This document shows positions 61,000-64,000 of a DNA stretch of 64,000 nucleotides, piece by piece (positions within the stretch are counted from its first letter, which is position 1; each line of letters opens with the position of its first letter). The notes beneath the pieces were generated by a model. That model was not told the DNA's origin. It ran no database searches and worked only from the letters and a program-made list of their open reading frames with translations. This DNA is from Prevotella sp. GTDB taxonomy: Bacteria; Bacteroidota; Bacteroidia; Bacteroidales; Dysgonomonadaceae. Where the stretch lies: positions 1 to 64,000 of the forward strand of contig JAITVV010000056.1 in the NCBI GenBank assembly GCA_031285625.1. Direction: 5' to 3'. The translations under genes were made by a program, and so were the position numbers.

Positions 61000-61842
61000 A
61001 TGAAGAATTATTTATTAGCTTTATTCCTATTATTATGCCTCTCTTTTTTCACATCATGTAGTGATGATAATGATGATAATAACGGTAACAGCAAAGAGAA
61101 ATTGCTATTATCGAAAGTAACCGAAGCCGACGGAGATTTCGAAATGCAGTATTACTATGATGATGCCAACCGCCTGATAAAAATGGAGGAAACCGAATCT
61201 GAAGATGGTAAAAAATATACCTCAACAACTATTTTTGAATACGACTCGAAAGGCAATCCGATAAAAATGAAGGAATCTTATTCGGGTGACTCAGATACTC
61301 ATCTGACTACATATACCTACAAAGATGATAGTATTTTTGTGAAAGAATTCAAATCGAATTCTGAAACAGAAATATCGGGCATTGATACATTGATTATAAA
61401 CAGTAATGGTTCTCTGAAGAAAATACATTCTTCTTATGAATATGGAATTAACTATGCCAACTATACTACAAACAGCGCGGGGCAGATCACACAAGAAGAC
61501 TATTATGTAAAAACTATTATGCATAATGTATCAGAATCTCATACAGTCAGTACTTATACTTACGATAATAAAAACGGATTCTTCTCCCAGGTTAATGTCA
61601 AACCTTGGTTTTTTGACTATGACTTAAATAGTTTTTCTCACTTTTCGAATCCTACACTTATTCAGTCTGTCACAGATTATAAAAATCTGGAAACTGGAGG
61701 GACAACAAAAGATATAGGAAAAACAGAAAATGTATATACCTATAATGAAAATGACTATCCTGAAACTGTTTCAGTAACAGAAAAACATAATGAGAAGACA
61801 GATACCTACTTTTATAAGCTGGAATATATAAAAGCAAAATAA
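61000..61842 (+). CDS. Lipoprotein, Tyr/Asp-rich beta-strand type (DUF4595-like), paralogue 2
   Basis: Lipobox FTSC-SDD; shares LTTYTYKDDSIFVK, LKKIHSSY, YDNK.G.FS.VNVKPWF and YTYNE..YP with paralogue 1. Confidence 0.8.
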   Translation: MKNYLLALFLLLCLSFFTSCSDDNDDNNGNSKEKLLLSKVTEADGDFEMQYYYDDANRLIKMEETESEDGKKYTSTTIFEYDSKGNPIKMKESYSGDSDTHLTTYTYKDDSIFVKEFKSNSETEISGIDTLIINSNGSLKKIHSSYEYGINYANYTTNSAGQITQEDYYVKTIMHNVSESHTVSTYTYDNKNGFFSQVNVKPWFFDYDLNSFSHFSNPTLIQSVTDYKNLETGGTTKDIGKTENVYTYNENDYPETVSVTEKHNEKTDTYFYKLEYIKAK

Positions 61843-61863
61843 ACGATCCATTATATATTATTT

Positions 61864-61902
61864 TACTGCTGGTTTATTAAAATAATACCGGCAGTATTTT
61901 TT
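61864..61902 (+). terminator. Intrinsic terminator
   Basis: TACTGCTGGT..ACCGGCAGTA plus T-tract. Confidence 0.75.
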
Positions 61903-61927
61903 TATATTTATTAATTGGTTTATATAC

Positions 61928-61954
61928 TGAAAAACAATATCTTTGCACCGCTTT
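61928..61954 (+). promoter_or_regulatory. rpsA promoter (TATCTTTG -7 element)
   Basis: Bacteroidetes TAnnTTTG consensus about 70 nt upstream of rpsA. Confidence 0.7.
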
Positions 61955-62017
61955 TCGAAGCAAATATGTTTAACAATTTAAAGATACTGATCAGGACTGG
62001 TGCCAGATCGAATTTAA

Positions 62018-63817
62018 ATGATTGATAACTTAAAAAATGTACAACCGGTTGCAGATTTCGACTGGGATGCGTACGAAAAAGGAGACTCTTTCTTAGGTAA
62101 GAGCAAAGAAGAACTGGTAGAAACCTATGACCAGTCATTGAACAAAGTAAATGACAAAGAAGTGGTAATGGGTAAAGTAACTGCTATGAACAAACGCGAA
62201 GTTGTTGTTAATATCGGTTACAAATCAGACGGTGTTGTATCAATGAACGAATTCCGTTACAATCCTGATCTGAAAATTGGTGACGAAGTAGAGGTTTACA
62301 TCGAAAGCCAGGAAGATAAAAAAGGACAATTGATCCTTTCTCACAAAAAAGCTCGTGCAACCCGTTCTTGGAATCGTGTTAACGAAGCTCTTGAAAAAGA
62401 TGAAATCATCAAAGGATTTATCAAATGTCGCACTAAGGGCGGTATGATCGTAGATGTATTTGGTATCGAGGCTTTCTTGCCGGGATCTCAAATCGACGTG
62501 AAACCTATCCGCGACTACGATGTTTTCGTTGGTAAAACAATGGAATTCAAAGTTGTTAAGATCAACCACGAATTTAAAAATGTTGTTGTTTCACACAAAG
62601 CTCTTATCGAAGCTGAACTTGAACAACAGAAAAAAGATATTATCTCGAAACTTGAAAAAGGTCAGGTACTTGAAGGTACAGTTAAGAACATCACTTCGTA
62701 TGGTGTATTTATCGACCTTGGCGGCGTAGACGGACTTATCCATATTACTGACCTTTCTTGGGGACGTGTACAACATCCTGAAGAAGTGGTTAAACTGGAT
62801 GAGAAAATCAACGTTGTTATCCTTGACTTCGATGATGACAAAAAACGTATTGCTCTTGGCTTGAAACAATTGACTCCTCATCCATGGGATGCACTTAGCG
62901 CTGAACTTAAAGTAGGTGATAAAGTGAAAGGTAAAGTTGTTGTTATGGCTGATTACGGTGCATTCATCGAAATCGCTCCGGGCGTAGAAGGTCTGATCCA
63001 CGTTTCAGAAATGAGCTGGGCTCAACACTTACGCAGTGCGCAAGACTTTATGAAAGTTGGTGATGAAGTAGAAGCAGTAGTACTTACACTTGATCGCGAC
63101 GAACGTAAAATGTCTCTTGGTATCAAACAACTGAAACCAGATCCATGGGAAAATATCGAAGAAAAATATCCTGTGGGAAGCAAGCATACAGCTAAAGTAC
63201 GTAACTTCACTAACTTCGGTGTATTTGCTGAAATAGAAGAAGGTGTAGACGGACTTATCCACATTTCAGACCTATCTTGGACTAAGAAAATCAAACACCC
63301 AAGTGAAGTAACTCAAATCGGTGCTGACATCGAAGTTCAGGTTCTTGAAATCGACAAAGAAAACCGTCGCTTAAGCTTAGGGCACAAACAACTTGAAGAA
63401 AATCCTTGGGATGTATTCGAAACTATCTTTACAGTAGGTTCTGTACATGAAGGCACAGTTGTGGAAATGGTTGACAAAGGTGCAGTAATTTCTCTTCCTT
63501 ACGGGGTTGAAGGTTTTGCAACACCTAAACACTTAGTAAAAGAAGATGGTTCTCAAGCTAAGATCGATGAAAAACTTGACTTTAAAGTAATCGAGTTTAA
63601 CAAAGACTCTAAGAGAATTATCGTTTCTCACAGCCGCGTGTTCGAAGATGAAAAACCAGAAGCTAAAGAAGCTGCAGCTGAAAAGAAAGCAAAAAGATCT
63701 GCGAAGAAAGAACAATCAGACGCTCCGATCCAATCTTCTAATGTAGAAAAAACTACACTAGGTGATATTGAAGAACTGGCTGCTCTGAAGGAAAAACTTT
63801 CCGGAGATAACAAATAA
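62018..63817 (+). CDS. rpsA: 30S ribosomal protein S1
   Basis: Six S1 repeats (YGVFIDLGGVDGLIHITDLSW, GVEGLIHVSEMSW). Confidence 0.98.
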   Translation: MIDNLKNVQPVADFDWDAYEKGDSFLGKSKEELVETYDQSLNKVNDKEVVMGKVTAMNKREVVVNIGYKSDGVVSMNEFRYNPDLKIGDEVEVYIESQEDKKGQLILSHKKARATRSWNRVNEALEKDEIIKGFIKCRTKGGMIVDVFGIEAFLPGSQIDVKPIRDYDVFVGKTMEFKVVKINHEFKNVVVSHKALIEAELEQQKKDIISKLEKGQVLEGTVKNITSYGVFIDLGGVDGLIHITDLSWGRVQHPEEVVKLDEKINVVILDFDDDKKRIALGLKQLTPHPWDALSAELKVGDKVKGKVVVMADYGAFIEIAPGVEGLIHVSEMSWAQHLRSAQDFMKVGDEVEAVVLTLDRDERKMSLGIKQLKPDPWENIEEKYPVGSKHTAKVRNFTNFGVFAEIEEGVDGLIHISDLSWTKKIKHPSEVTQIGADIEVQVLEIDKENRRLSLGHKQLEENPWDVFETIFTVGSVHEGTVVEMVDKGAVISLPYGVEGFATPKHLVKEDGSQAKIDEKLDFKVIEFNKDSKRIIVSHSRVFEDEKPEAKEAAAEKKAKRSAKKEQSDAPIQSSNVEKTTLGDIEELAALKEKLSGDNK

Positions 63818-63839
63818 AATATCCATTGATATTTTTTAT

Positions 63840-63873
63840 AAAAGGGTTCACTGAAAAGTGAACCTTTTTTTTT
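63840..63873 (+). terminator. rpsA terminator
   Basis: AAAAGGGTTCACT-GAAA-AGTGAACCTTTTTTTTT. Confidence 0.85.
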
Positions 63874-64000
63874 ATAAAATGTTAAATTATTAATAAGATG
63901 CGACAATACATTACAACATATTATGCATATATAAAAAAGACTATTTATTTTTGTATAATAGTTGCATAAACAATTAATTATTAACATTAATATGAAAAAA

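Noticed and set aside
1196-63987. Many short antisense or overlapping ORFs in the track (e.g. 4633-5082, 6877-7428, 34074-34592, 62591-63001)
   Set aside because: They are shadow frames of well-supported genes and carry no motifs of their own.

Overview
AT-rich chromosomal window from a Bacteroidales bacterium (inferred to be Dysgonomonas-like from TAnnTTTG promoters, the MurF-Alr fusion and the pta-hbd-ackA order). It is mostly housekeeping: pta/ackA, fbp, ndk, ung, proS, a RelA/SpoT homologue, aroQ, pyk, rbfA, engB, pit and rpsA, with small accessory insertions between them. The best candidate for an undescribed system lies between the O-methyltransferase gene and rbfA. There, a 443-aa Trp-rich protein I cannot assign to a family (50657-51988) is followed immediately by two tandem tRNA-shaped RNAs (51992-52064, 52087-52159). 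Both RNAs have canonical D and T arms, 8-nt anticodon loops (CUCUUUAU, CUCUGGGU), acceptor stems extendable to 12 bp, no encoded CCA and downstream U-tracts, and they differ by compensatory changes. Other items: a stand-alone sRNA (14920-14991, minus strand), a decayed T6SS tssD / S26 peptidase / Imm17 remnant, a ~50-bp dispersed element in three intergenic regions, a duplicated rpsA promoter flanking a lipoprotein pair, orphan immunity genes and two WG-repeat pseudogenes. No rRNA, CRISPR array or transposase was seen. All family names come from motif recognition, not database searches.
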